Shown: one piece after another, positions 12,001 to 33,545 of the stretch
Layout: the number at the start of each line of letters is the position of its first letter
Numbering within the stretch: position 1 is the stretch's first letter
DNA from: Eledone cirrhosa
Taxonomy: Eukaryota
NCBI GenBank assembly: GCA_964016885.1
Contig: OZ024740.1
Location: forward strand, 196,788,001 to 196,852,000
DNA: 64,000 bases
Direction of reading: 5' to 3'
Notes under the pieces: generated by a model
Database searches by the model: none
Seen by the model: the letters and a program-made list of their open reading frames with translations, nothing else
Told to the model about the DNA's origin: nothing
Made by a program: the position numbers and the translations under genes

Positions 12001-15000
12001 ACATTTACACAGCTTAAACAAATGGTGCTGTTTATGACTTGCACAAACAATATGTCCTTCATTCAGTTCATCAGCTCAACAATTGATCAGTCAAATAAGT
12101 ACTATACTTCAACATAAGAGTTTGCATCAGGAAGGGGATCTAGCTGAAGAATACTGCTTTAAAAAAAGCCTTGTCTATCCCATGCCAGCATGGAAAAGTA
12201 AATGTAAAAACCTATATACAAATTATGTATCTCTCTCACAGTTGATTTCTTTACTGTTTATTCTTTATTTATTTCAGCTGATGAGGACTCGGTCAGTACC
12301 AGATCTAACTAGTCTGTTCCAACCTGCTGATAGCAAGATAAAAGAAGCTACAGAAAGTCTAGATATCTTGAAAAGGGTGAGTAAATACTCAAAGTATTTT
12401 TTTTCTAATATTGTTTCTTAGTCAGAAAGGAAGGACATGTTGAGAGGAAGGGAGAAGTTACCTTCAAACCCGAGATCTCGCCTGAATGCTTATAACAGAG
12501 TAGATTCTACTAAAGGTACCTAACAGCCAAGTAATGTTGCTTGACTGAGTTACAGAATAATCTACCAAGTAGGCTTCTGGGATTTGAACTCAAAACACAA
12601 AGAGCTGGAACAAATACTGCAAGGTGTCATGTGTGACACACTAACAGCCCTGTCAGTTCACCACCCTAAACAGGTGTGCTCTGTTTATTGATCCCCTCAA
12701 AATGGGAGACAAGTTTGATTTCAATGGGATTTGAAGTCAGAACACAAGGAGCCAAAATAAATACCACAAGACATCCAAGACTCTAACACTTCTGCTGTGT
12801 ATATTTGAAATTGTGGGAGGGGGAGGGGGTACATTTGCACACAGATTTAAGCAAATACTTCAAGTTATGTATATATCTGAAATTGTGTGCTGGGGGTGGG
12901 TATATATGCACACGGGTATGTGAGGCTACAAGTTGAATTTAATATTTTTACAGCACAAAGAATCAGCAGCTTATTGTTTGAAGTTTCCAAATTATCTAAT
13001 TACATTTTATTTTCAATATTTTTATCAAGGAATCGGACAGAACTGGTGTTTTGAAGCGACTTTCTCAATTTTCTGGTGATTTTACTCCAAGCCTTGAAGA
13101 GTGAGTTCATATCTATAACCTTTTTTTGTTAATTCTAATGTTCACTCTCTGTATTGTTTTTTAACCAGGCCTGTGCAAAGTAGGTAATAGGCCCAGGCTA
13201 GATATGAAATGTAAATCCCATTTCAAACTGATCCTTAAGTATTTTATTAATCAATATTAAATTCACATGCTCTATGTATGGGTTATGGGTAATATACATA
13301 TAGTGTGCATGGTGTAACAGTAAAGAATAAATAAACCAGAACTTGTCATTATTATTACATTCTAGCACATGTGGTACAAGAGTTTTTATGGCAGTATTCT
13401 ATGATTGAATGCCCTCTCAAACAAACCCTTGTTTTTAAGCATGGTGCTTATTACATTGATTTTCAACCATCAAAATATTGCTTATGTTTGTGCATTGTTA
13501 TTCTAGGACAGACGAGATCAATCTAGTACGACAATCTATGCAAGAGGTATTGACAAAAAGTTGTAAGTTCATTCTTTTTTTTTTTCATTTATTTCTGTCG
13601 CACTTCACAGGTTTATCAAAATAAAGTTCCAGTCCAGAATGGTGGGCTGACAGAATGTTTAGGGCAGATGAGATACTTCATGGTATTTGTTCTAGCTCTT
13701 TGCATTCTAAGTTAAAATCCTGCTGTGGTAGACTTAATCAGCTGTCCAGTTTAACAACACCTCCTTGCGTGCTTTTTTTTTTTAGCAAAGTTCACTTTGT
13801 TGCAAGCACTCAAGCTATTTTTTCATTTTCAGGATACATCCCTCTCTCTCTTACCAGTCTCAGATAGCAGTATTCAGAGGCACTGCCTTTCCCTATCTGA
13901 CTAAACCATAAAAATAAACAATAAGAGTCCAATATCAGTTAAGTTTTATATACTGATGGACCAAATGCTGTCAATGACAGCAATAACATGGAACATATTT
14001 AATTTTTGCAGTTCAAGATTGGTATATATCATGATTACCAGATATGTGAGCAATCATGCAAACTGGGAAATTTGTGTCATCATAAATTAATGGTTTGCAT
14101 AAGAGAAACCCTATAATTTATATTGCGTATTGACTCATGGAAGTGTAAAGATCATTCATCATCATCATTTCATTTTACGTCCGCTTTTCCTTGCTTGCAA
14201 GGGTGGGACGGGAACTGATTCTGGCTTGATTTCTACAGCTGGATACCCTTCCTAACACCAACCTCATTTACAGTGAGTGCTGGGTGCTTTTTTGCCGTGG
14301 CACCTCCACGACCACTTTGCAGTGGAATGATAGGGACCCCAGTCCCTATCATCTCATTTCTACAGCTGAGTAAACTGGAGCAATGTGAAATAAAGTGTCT
14401 TGCTCAAGGAAACAACACATCACCCGGTCTGAGAATTGAACTCACAACCTTTCGATTGCAAGGCCAATGCTCTAACCACTAAGCCATGTGCCTCCATAAA
14501 GATCAGAATGATATTTAAATAAATTATTTCTTGGATATAACTGCATAAATAAATATTCAGTATATATGGACAATGACATACAGGATTAAATGTATGAGTA
14601 ACTTTGGAGAAGTAACTATTTATAGGTACATATGTAGGGTTAGAACGCAGAATCTTGTGATTGTAAAGTGAACTTCTTATTGTAGTAAGGTGACTGAGAT
14701 AGGAAAGGCGTTGTATGTACATATTTATATGTTTATGTGTGTAAATTTTAATGTGTTACTGGTAGAGTTATATATAAGTATACAAACACACTTGATATAT
14801 TATTATGGTTGATTTCCACAGATGACAATTGGAATTTTCAATTTATCTAATGAAATGTTTGGAACTATAATTTTAGTTTTCCTTCTTATTCCAGTTAATG
14901 ATGAAGATAGTGATGATGGAGATGATGTTACTAGCCTAATGTCTGACCAGATAGAACCAGAATTGAAGAATATTAAAGAAGATGATGATTCTGACAATGA

Positions 15001-18000
15001 GGATGATGTTAGCCTAGGAAATAGGGATACTGACAGTAAATGCAATTTATATCTTTCAGGTGTGTAATTAACTCATTCATGGCAGCACTAAGAATGATCA
15101 ATATATATATTGAGGGAATGTAGTAATGCTGATTATGAATATCAACAATATGCCTATCTATATATATATTCATTGCTCTTAGTCTTAATCAGTTGATTTT
15201 CAGATTTTAAGCACCATAATCTCATGTTTCTTCTCACCACATTAAATATGTTAACAATAACATAGATATTGTTTGTCATGTGGATAGCATTTCAAAGTTA
15301 TATAATATATTGGTGCATTTGTATTGTTTCTATATCTACATAGAGATTTTCAAAAATGTATATTTATGCTATTTTATTTATATGTGTATATTTTTTTTTA
15401 GCTCTTATTGAAGAGAACTCTGATGATGAAGATTTGTCAAATACTGATATTTTCTCAAAGCTGGAAGAACGCAGAGAGCAACTTGAAAACGATGTTGGAG
15501 GTACACTTTTGAAAAAGATTTACTGGATGATACATGTAAGTAAAATACTTAGATAACTTAAATGTATTTGTGAGTGAATAACAATAATATTATAATTGTT
15601 TCTACTTTTGGCACAAGGCCAGCAATTACCCAGTGTATTACTGGTACTTTATTTTATTGACCCCCATAAGGATGAAAGGCAAAGTTAACCTCGGCATAAT
15701 AATGTTATAATATTATTAATATTTGGTTTGTTTGCCAGCAAACATCCTCATTAACACCATGTTTTTGCTTGTAAACAAACCGAATATTAATATTATACTA
15801 TTATAATATCATTGTTATTCACTCATGAATACATTTAGATATCCACCATGTTAAGAGCGAAAACAAACTTAGATAACTTATTTTTTTATATATTTAGTAC
15901 ATATCCAAACCTTTGGTTTTATTATAATATTGTCAGATAGATTCACATTTTGATTTTTTAAAGATTTTATTTTACTGTTTAGTCAAGGAGAGATTATTTT
16001 CAGTGACTCCAAAACTTGTATGAAAGGAGGGAAGATGGAAGTATCCTCAAACCAGAGACTTGGTCCCAATGGTTGCAACAGATCAGACTAGACTCAGCAA
16101 AAAGCATGAAAGGGCCATGTGATGGTGTTAAGCCAGACAATGGATTATGTCTAGCACCCTTGTAATCAATAGAGGGATTTCAACTCAGAACAGAATGAAC
16201 TTGAACTGATACCTCAAGCTCCCTTATTTGATGATCTAACCATTCTGCCAATTCACTACTTTGGACTGATACTTTATTTTATTGACCCCAAAAGGATGAA
16301 TTACAATGTTTACCTTGATGGGATTTGAATACTGAATACAGAGAGCATGAACAAATACCACATGGTATTTCTTCCTACCCTCTAACCACTCCACCAGGGT
16401 ATTTCTTTTTATTCTCTAACTACTCGGCCAGGTATGAAACGTCTATCATAAAAAAGAAAAGAAAGATATATAGAAAAAGATACGTTTACATGTCAGTGTA
16501 TATATGTACACATTTATGCAACTTTGGTTAAAGTATGTACTGTTTCGATACAGATATATATTTATAGGAAGTTTAGTTAAGCCAATTTCTCACTCTGGTG
16601 GGCCCTTGATTATTTTTCTGCTATGCTTTTCATTAAATATCAATGTTTTTATGCCTCTTGGACATGAAAATATTGGTGAATGGTGGATATTTGATTGTAT
16701 TTACAGGACAAACTACAGGAAGATGACATAGATGATGAAGTAATAATCAAATTACTCTCTGACAAAGCTGTTTATTACCAATCAATTGTCCAGCTAGTCC
16801 TTGCTGATACAGCCTTCTCTAATAGTAAGTGAAATGGATTCATCATCTTCACCATTTAATGTCTGTTTTCGATGCTTGCATGGGCTAGACAGGTTGTCAT
16901 GTACTAAAGAGAGATTAGTCAGGTGACTATGTCCTACTCATACGCTGTTTTGGGTTTGGTTCCCATAGATGGATGTCCTTCCTAACAGCAACCACTACAA
17001 CATGTACTAGAAGCATTTAATAGAGACTCCGCACTTCTACCTTATGGGTGCTTTTCATCGTGGCACCAGCCCTACCACTTTACAGAGTGGATTGAATGTT
17101 TTATTGTGACACCAGCACTACTACTTTACAGAGTGGATTGGGTGTGTTTCATCATGGTACTAGCACTACCAGTTTACAGAGTGGATTGGGTGTGTTTTAT
17201 CATGGCACCAGCACTACTACTATACAGGGTGAACTGGGTGCTTTACATCCTGGCACTAGCACTACCACTTTAGAGTGGATTGGGTGCATTTTATCATGGC
17301 ACCAGCACTACCTCATTATAATACTAGTGTACTCAGTACACTTGGTCAGGTTGTGGAGGAACTGATGAGGGTGCAGTGTATATATGAGAGGGATACAGGG
17401 AGGAGGTACAGACATCACACTGTTGGAGATGAAGTGCCAGGTCATGGGAATTACTTAAAGAAAGTGGATGGTGTCTGACATATTGTTGGGTGTACTTAAC
17501 ATTCATATTAGCCTGGATTGAACAGGAAAAGTGAGTCAAGAATGTATGTATGAAGTTAGGGATGGGTTGGAGACAGAGAAGGTGAATGAGACAGTTTGTC
17601 TTAGTTTTTCCTGCTAGCATGGGTTGGACAAAATGGAGGTGAGGAAGTAGGGAATATACTGACATGCAAGGACCTAAATGTTGTTCCACCTACCTGCTTC
17701 TTCAGGTTTAGCATGGAAGAGGCTGAGCAGGGGGAGTTGGGAGCTTACTGGCAGGGGAGGCTGGGAAATCTGGAGTATACTGGCAGGTGGAAACCCAAAG
17801 CTGTATCCCCTTTTTGGCTTTTCAAGTTTACGTTGGAGTAAGGTGGGAAGAGGAAGGGAGTTGGGAGTATACTGGCAGGTGAGGGCAATTCTCGCTATGA
17901 TCGAGATGACGTTGGTTTAACCCTTTAGCATTTAAACTGGCCGTATCTGGCCAGAACTCTCTCACCTCTTTCTGTTCAAACTGGCTGCTCATACCTACAT

Positions 18001-18339
18001 TAAGGTATTGTTCTCAAAATAAATAACATCAAAATCTTGTAGATCAATATTATGTGAGATAATTATGTAAGATAAAGCCTTTACTGTGAAAATACAATAG
18101 TAAATATGGAATAATGTAAATACTGAAGGGTTATAGTAGGAATTGAACCTTTGAAAGAAAATATCTGAGAAAAATAATTGTAAAATCTGTCTTTTTCTCT
18201 CTCTTTTCCTATCTTTCCTCACTTTCCTTTTTGTTTTCAAAAGATAAATAAATACCTTTTCATATATTGCAGTAGAAGTTTACATCAAAATTATGTAACA
18301 ATTAAATTCTATTTTATTTATTTATTTTTAGGTGATTGA
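1..18339 (+). CDS. NEK1: NIMA-related kinase 1-like gene, 3' portion (C-terminal non-catalytic region); multi-exon, 5' part lies outside the window
   Basis: GT-AG exons with consistent phases: <1-8, 1468-1564, 6961-7071, 8146-8520, 9711-9822, 11478-11523, 12278-12376, 13030-13100, 13507-13562, 14895-15035, 15402-15535, 16707-16824, 18332-18339 (S-D-TGA). The spliced peptide has NEK1 C-terminal-like motifs: RQKWKYRNSVIEIL, LMRTRSVPDLTSLF, DEINLVRQSMQEVL, IFSKLEERREQLENDVG, YQSIVQLVLAD. The kinase domain is not in the window, so orthology rests on recalled motif similarity. Confidence 0.78.
2262..2537 (-). repeat. 3' LTR (276 bp)
   Basis: Direct repeat of 6474-6746, differing by about 3 substitutions and one 3-bp indel. 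Confidence 0.96.
2572..4371 (-). CDS. Gypsy RNase H (partial) and integrase
   Basis: SNVGIGAVL, QKEALAIIFG, TDHKPL, HGNADALSRL (RNase H); HLGH...CDSC zinc finger; DDE motifs LHLDHA / LVTDN / AERLVQTFK. Confidence 0.92.
   Translation of the reverse strand: MWPSNVGIGAVLFHRYPDGSERPISNVSKALTSAQRNYGQIQKEALAIIFGLQKFYQYLYGHQFILVTDHKPLTSLFSPRKGMPLLAANRLARWTLWLNQFDYTIEYQKTADHGNADALSRLPFGNDIDFDRKENGEDMDMVCAIKALSLQVQPIDSNVHRQESGKDPVISTVIRYVREGWPPKNTEINDEVNKFRKLSDSLSICHGCLIHGSRVVIPHSLQPKILNLLHLGHFGMERMKQLARTAVYWPGIDAAIEKTSRQCDSCGEHQNQPSKSPVHPWMLPEKPWSRLHLDHAINFMGSNWLVITDAYSKYPCIHPTSSTSSRASLDLLEEDFAHFGFPHTLVTDNTPTFISEEFQSWCKERGITHLTGASYHPATNGAAERLVQTFKQALRKTSLPPKRALQEFVMQYRKTPTSSGFSPSELLNHRQIQTRIDSLLPSPAHIAQGKQSKEAYKSQMTPDSAGVAKVTRQYKAGDPVYALYYGPRRDKDPRWVPAIIKKSLGTRCFNVKVIPHGPVWRRHWEQLQLRYTTEEDNEPGDAVDTVFEFATDHPMEISEIVPLTPRQTRPKTLLPVPEYGPDNQRRSKRTRKPPKRLCC
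4319..6366 (-). pseudogene. Gypsy gag-protease-RT (N-terminal part), frameshifted near 6250 and deleted at the RT YxDD motif
   Basis: ATG at 6366 (MAEQQTAELIKLF) shifts into ORF 4319-6244. Knuckles CYRCGKAH and CHFCDKKGH; protease ELDTATT; RT motifs LRICGDYS, KIDLADSYNQI, RLPFGIKSAPGYFQ. The sequence then runs GVAV-KCW with no YLDD. Confidence 0.9.
6474..6746 (-). repeat. 5' LTR (273 bp)
   Basis: Direct repeat of 2262-2537; contains an ATGCAAAT octamer and two CACGTG E-boxes. Confidence 0.96.
9243..9604 (+). mobile_element. 5'-truncated RTE-clade LINE 3' end with fold-back 5' inversion
   Basis: Degenerate GHVVRM...GRRPRGRP coding tail; (GAA)n 3' tail; homologous to 46620-46968; AGTGACTCT flanks both sides (9244-9252, 9603-9611). 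Confidence 0.8.
9908..10113 (+). mobile_element. tRNA-derived SINE (abundant family; other copies near 1050, 15593(-), 25152, 33925, 37790, 55928, 56558, 57820)
   Basis: A-box-like TGGCAGAATC, B-box GAGTTCAAATC, conserved core GCCTTTCATCCTTACGGGGTCGATAAAATAAAGTACCAG, (ATT)n tail; many copies in the window. Confidence 0.85.
10231..10450. mobile_element. piggyBac-type MITE
   Basis: TTAA on both sides; TIRs CCATTTAGCATTTA / TAAATGCTAAAGGG; second copy at 17921-18130. Confidence 0.8.
10955..11410 (-). mobile_element. CR1-like LINE 3' end with tandemly duplicated 3' UTR and (ATT)n tail
   Basis: HDFRRHFFTLRVAEAWNKLPASVV...SFK, a typical CR1-group ORF2 C-terminus; ~125-bp UTR segment present twice (about 10960-11080 and 11085-11210). 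Confidence 0.75.
17040..17312. repeat. ~48-bp tandem repeat, about 6 copies, derived from an internal segment of a local SINE/LINE-tail family
   Basis: Recurring GGCACCAGCACTACCACTTTACAGAGTGGATTGGGTGTGTTTTATCAT at about 48-nt spacing. Confidence 0.75.
17921..18130. mobile_element. piggyBac-type MITE (second copy)
   Basis: TTAA-CCCTTTAGCATTTA start; internal sequence matches 10231-10450; degenerate right TIR. Confidence 0.75.
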
Positions 18340-18649
18340 AGAAAATAGTAAAATAGCAATCTTGACATCAAATGAAATGTACTAATTTAAAGAATGGGTT
18401 TTCTCTGTAGCGTGTCATCTTTTCAATACTTGGAACAAGTGAAAACTTGTTATTTATATTTCAATAATAATTTTAACTCAAACATATCCTAATTTTTTGG
18501 AAATTATACACCAACATGGCTAATACTTGTTTAGTCTTGTTTTCTTTTTATAGATATTTGTAAATTTATGTGTGCAGTCATTCATCTCTCATTTGTCTCT
18601 TACATTTGTTATTCATCTCATTTTTCTGTAATTTTGATCAATTTCTGTA

Positions 18650-18660
18650 AATAAAATAAA
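18650..18660 (+). terminator. Putative polyadenylation signals of the NEK1-like gene (overlapping AATAAA x2)
   Basis: AATAAAATAAA about 310 nt after the TGA, in an AT-rich 3' UTR. Confidence 0.5.
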
Positions 18661-21059
18661 GTATCTATATAATTAATGTGTTCCCTCATTCAATATTTTA
18701 TTCTATCTTGCATGGATAGGTACATAGTTAAGAAGTTTGCTTTGTAACCAAGTAGTTTTGAGTGACCAACGCTTTGTGAGTAAAATATGGTAGTCAGAAA
18801 CTGCGCAGAAGCCTTTCTAGGAAGGACATTGAGCTGTAGAACCCATGCAAAATATGGAATGTATAGTTAGATGATGCAGCTACAACCTGTCTGGTCTTGG
18901 ATCATGACAACCCATCTAACCCATGCCATCATGGAAAGCAGATGTTAAATAATATGTATGATGCAACAACTAAAAAGAAATGAAGCATTCATGCTTCTCC
19001 TCTGGATGTGTAATGTTAGTGTGCATGAATGAGAGAACTTCATTGAGCTGAGGGAAAAACTGAGTATAAGAGGCACCAGATGTAGTGAGCAAGAGAGATA
19101 ATTGAGCTGCTATTGATATAAGAGCAAGAGCTGTATAAAGAAGTGATGAGCATTTGAAATAAATGGGAACTTTGGAATAAGGAGGCCAAGGAAGACCTGT
19201 GGCAAAGTGGTGAAGAAACAACCTCATAAAGAAGATGACACGAGACAATACTGATTGGTGACTTGCCATACTAGAACAGACTCAACCACCAGTACAACAA
19301 TACTAAAAGTAAATGTGTTGAGGGATCTGTGACTACATGCAGTGAAGAGATCCTTCCTAGCCTGCAATAGACAAGACAACTAATCCAGTATTGAACACAG
19401 TCAAATCTCCTGAAAAGCAGTTACAAACTTTGATGTGGGTGGAGAAGCTTCTTTGGCAACCTCTCTAGTGTTGATGCCATGATAAAATGTACCCAGTTGA
19501 CTTTGTAAAGTAGTGATAAGGGTGCCACAGTAAAATGCACCCAGTACACTCTGTAAAGTGGCTGGTTCTAGGAAGGTTATCCAGCCATAGAAACCATACC
19601 AAAATGGAACATATGAACAAAACTTGGTTCTTTGACCCATTTAGTCAAGTCTCCGAATGTGACGACCCTTCCAACCCATGCCAACATGGAAACTGGGTAT
19701 AAGAGATATCAGATGCAGTGTGCAGCAGAGGAAATTGCAGTGGAATGGACATGTGATGCATGACAGCTGTATAAAAAGGTGCAGGGAACTCAAAGTTGAT
19801 GGAAGCTATGGAGTAGGGAGACTTGGGATGAAGTGATAAAATGCACAATTGCACCTCTCAAAGGTGATGATACAGGATCAAGATCTCTGGCATTATGCAG
19901 TAATAGAGAAGACCTGCCTTTCCATGTGCACAGGTTCAAGCATACATCTAGTATGCATTACTTCCCCTCCCCCTTCTATACACCTCCTACGTCCTGACAC
20001 TGTCCCTTCAGATAAGTCCCCCACCCTACCCTAGATTTACCTCTCCAATCCCCATGTACCTCCCCACCCAGCCCCCAGTGTAAAGTGGTCGTTTTGGTAC
20101 CACGACAAAAAGCATCCAGTCCACACAGAAAAGTGGTCATGTTGATGACATGACAAAAAGCGCTTAGTGGTTGTGTGTCACGACAAAACAAAATCACAAA
20201 CTGTAAAGAGGTTGTTTTGAAATCAATAAAAAACACCCAGTACACACTGTAAATGTGGTTGGCGTTAGGGAAGGCATCCAGCCATAAAAACCAAACCAAA
20301 ATCAGTTCTGTATGAACAAGGCACAGTCATATGATCTGGCTTGTCTCACAATGGGACAACTGGTTTAACCCATGCTTGCATGGAAAAATGGGCGTTAAAC
20401 GGTGATGATGATATAATCATTTTACATGTTTCTCCACGCTAACATGTATATATGTAACATATGTTCATCCTCATCATCATTACGTCCGTTTTTCATAGGT
20501 TGGACGGGTCCTTTTCAGCACAGCATCTCCCCACTCGCCGCGTTCATTCATCACCTCGCTCTCACTACCTCTGCCCAGATCTTCCTGGCACTTCTTCTCC
20601 CAGCACTCATGCGCATCAATTGTCCGCACCACCTTGTATTCCCGTTAAACCCAGTTTCACCCTCAGTTCATCCAAGCTCTGCCTTTCTCTCATATTTACA
20701 TTGCACATCCAACGATGTATATATTACTATTATAAGATAATAATAGCTACACTACTTTCCTTAAAGAATGGAGTACAAATTGGAATAATGATCTTTCTAG
20801 TCTCAATTAGTAACATCTTATTATACACTCATTCACAACATAAACATTGAATCAAATTAACTTCAATAATTACAAAAATTCAAAATCAGTGGACAATTAG
20901 TAAATAAATACTTTAAACCATTTTGAAGAGCGCGCCAAAGAAATTGAATAACTTTTCATCTAAATATACGTCCTACTGAATGTCTGAACTAGGTGTAAAA
21001 GTCAAAGAGGTACGAAACTGTGACTCTGAATTGGTTTCCCGCATTTAACATTAATAACT

Positions 21060-30115
<9,056 letters not shown>

Positions 30116-30664
30116 AGGATATAATAATAATAATGATTTCTTTATAAAATAATAATAATGTTGTTTGAAGTGTAATCATTCCATAAGCTTCTAGGACATT
30201 GTTAATGTGTCTTCCTAACTTGTTGCTAGACTGCTGCTTAAACATTTTTTTTTCTATGCGTACAACTTGACCTTGTTGGTTGTCGTGTTAGTGACATTGT
30301 TAACTGTCACCGTCATACATCAATGATTTTATTTGTTTTTTTTTAAATAAAGATCAAGCTACTGGTTGGAGTATATACATTGATATCTTTAAAGACTGAA
30401 TTTGGATTAATAAATTCCATTTCATAGCTTTCTTTTTTGTTGATATTGCTCTTTAATTTTTTCTTATTTTTTTTAGTGGTTGTAGTCATTGGGCTTATGG
30501 CTACAGTTTTAGTTTTAGTTTTAGTCAATTATATAGGTTCCATTTCATAGTCTGGTACTCACTTTAACAATGTCTGTATTGAAAGACTATAGTTGATTTG
30601 AGCTACCTCCCTTTTACAAGCTGAACTATCATGGTATTTACACTGGTTATATATATATAGAGAG

Positions 30665-32435
30665 AGTAAGTCGCTGTATCAAGCTTTTGTAGATCTAAAT
30701 AAGGCTTTCAACAGGTCCCATGCTCTGTAATCTAGTTGGCACCTAGGATGCTAAGTGTAGACGAATGGCTTGTGAGGGCCATGCAAGGCCATGTATAGAG
30801 GAGCAAAGTCAAAGTTGACAATGAGTACAGTGATGAATTTGATGTGCAGGTAGGGATCCACCAGGGCTCAGTCCTCAGTGCACCCCTGTTTATTGTTGTC
30901 CTCATCTCTGAGGACTTTAAAACTGGCACTTTTTGGCAGCTCTAATATGCAGATGGCGTAATCTTTATAGCTGGATCTGTTAAAGGCAAAATTTCAAGCA
31001 TGGAAAAACTTGTTGACAGGCTTAAAAGTAAACTTAGAGGAAGGTCTTAAGTAGGAAAGAGGTTAGGAGGGTGACACCATCAGGGAAGTGGCCTTTTATA
31101 TGGCAGAAATTCCATCAGTGTAATTTATGGACACACAAGATAGACTTTGCATGTCCCTGATGCACAGAAGTAAGCACTAAGAGTACATGTAAAATGAATA
31201 CATTCAGTTGCCAGGGAGGCTCCTTAGAAGTTGTTGACAGCTTTTCTTACCTAGGTGACCAAATTAGTGAGGGAGGATGCTCTGAAAGTGTGATAACCAG
31301 GATAAGAACAGGCTGGAAGAAGTTTTGAGAAAACTGATACCTCTGCTGACAACAAAGGGCTTCTCTTTTAGAAGGAAGGGTAAAATGTATGATGCCTGTG
31401 TGTAAACTGCAATGCTACATTGAAGTGAAACATGGGCCTTAACTGCAGAAGATCTGTGGAGGCTAGAAAGAAACGAATTGAGTATACTCTGATGGATGTG
31501 TAATCATCATCGTTTAACGTCCATCTTCCACGCTAGCATGGGTTTGGACGGGAATTTTCCCACTTGAGGCAAGATTGGTTGTCTTGCTCGTATAGGACTG
31601 TCTGGCGGGTTTTCTACGGCTGGATGCCCTTCCTAACACCAACCACGTTTACAGTGTGGACTGGGAGGTTTTTACTGTGTTACCTACACGGCCACATTAC
31701 AGCGTGGACTGTGTTTTTTTGTCGTGACACCTACACGACCTCATTTATTTAAGATTGGATGTGGTACCAACATAACTTTACATCGAAAGGGGTGGAGGTA
31801 GTGGGACGGGGGTGTATTTTAGTAAGAGGTGCCTACTGATTGTAGGTTTCGCTTTGCACTTAGGCAAGGCGGATCTTCTGTATTACTGCGTAGCGCCAAA
31901 GATCTCGGTCCAGTGACATTGTCTTGGAGAGGTGTAAGTGTGTGAGGTCGGAATTTATCAGGTCGTCCCAGGTTTTTCTGGGTCTGCCTACTCCGTGGCT
32001 ACCATCTATTTTGATCGCCCTGCACTTTTTTATACAGCTGTCGTCTTTCATGCGCATCACGTGACCATACAAACGTAGTCTTCTCTCAACTAAACATCAT
32101 CTGATCCCTCTTATTCCTAATGTTCTCGTGTAATGTTAGTATGTATGAACAACATAGCATAAGAAAACAGAAACACTTGGCATAGGAGGAATTGGATGTA
32201 GTGTGAAAGAGAGGGGACTGCATTGGTATGGAAAATAGAAATAGCAACTGCATAAATAAATGTAGGGAAAACCTAGTGGCTGGGACCCGTCGAAGAAGCA
32301 GATCCAGTAAGACTTGGAACAAGGTTGTGAAGACTGACCTTGGAAAACTAAATCTCGCAACAGAGATGATAAAGGACTGTGAGAGCTGGTGCTATGCTGA
32401 GTTGGCAAAGACCTGGCCAACAGTATATACGTGAC
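30665..32435 (+). mobile_element. Decayed RTE-clade LINE with a nested, oppositely oriented RTE/SINE-tail insertion (about 31503-32085)
   Basis: Remnant RT motifs FVDLNKAFNRV, VGIHQGSVLS, YADG, FSYLGD, ETWAL. The minus-strand insert encodes YGHVMRMKDDSCIKKC...GRPRKTW and ends in the GGACGTTAAACGATGATGA tail. Confidence 0.75.
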
Positions 32436-32559
32436 CTGACTTATTCCTGTGTCCCTCCCTTCTACTAGCAGCTATCCTCACCCCAAGTCTATCCATTCCC
32501 CCTCCAGTGTCACTCCATTAAGTGTTTGGAGATTTACCTCCATTAGCATGGATCTAGAA

Positions 32560-33545
32560 AGTTCGTCAAACGCATTGATTTCTTACTATAGTCATAGTGT
32601 TCGTTAATTGATCCGACTTGAACATAGAGGGCTGGTTAATTGGTTAAATCCCAGTCTGACCTACGCAGTTAGAAAGGATTCGTTAATTGGTCTACACCAA
32701 CCGACATGGCCATACCGTAGAGCTTTCATTAAGTGGCCTACGCTCATGATGTCACAGTAGAGAGATGATTATGTGGGGTGCATCTGGCGCAGTCGTTAAT
32801 TGTCTTACATAAACCTGTGTGATCATAGAAGGTTCATATGTAGCCGTAGTGAGTGACTGAAAGCACTACATCCCTTTGCAGAAGGTTTGTTAAGTGCATA
32901 TAAGGGGATTCTTAAGTGTTTTATGTTATCTACAATGGTGGTATAGGCTTTGTTATGTGAGCTACATTTTTTGGCATGACCACTGAACGATCATTAAGTG
33001 GCCTACGTCTACCAGCATAATCATGAAAGATTTCATAAATAGCTTTATCACCTGGTTAATCACTTGCATTCCTCGGCAAGGCCGCAGAGGATTCGGTAAT
33101 TGTCCAACTCAGGGCGTGACTGTAGAGTATTTACTGTGTAAGCGTAGAGAGTTTATGAAGCAACCTACGCCCTTCTATCTAGCAGGGGCGTACCATATTC
33201 GTTAAATGACCTACGTCCATCGGCTAAGCCTTAATGACTTTCTTAATTGACCCATGTCTCAAGCGTGGCCATAAAGATCTTATTTCGTGGTCTATATATT
33301 GTGGCGTGGTCATAACTCAGTAAGTGACACGAGACGTGCCATGAAATAGCTTACCTTCATCGAGGTGGCCTTAGGGGTTTCATAATGTGGGAGTGACCGA
33401 AGAATATTTCTTAAGGAACTTACATCCTCTTGCAAAACTATTAAGGATTAATTAAGAAGAGTGTGTTTCCAGAACCTGTTGTAGGGGGCTCATTAGGCAA
33501 TCTCTATTCCAGGCATGGCCGTAAAAAGTTTGTTAAAGGATACCT
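32560..33545. repeat. Highly degenerate ~41-42-bp tandem repeat
   Basis: Recurring (T)TCGTTAA(G/T)TGGCCTAC...GGC(A/G)TGGCC(A/G)TAGA motif at about 41-42 nt spacing (e.g. 33198, 33240, 33280; 33408, 33450, 33490, 33530). Confidence 0.6.
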
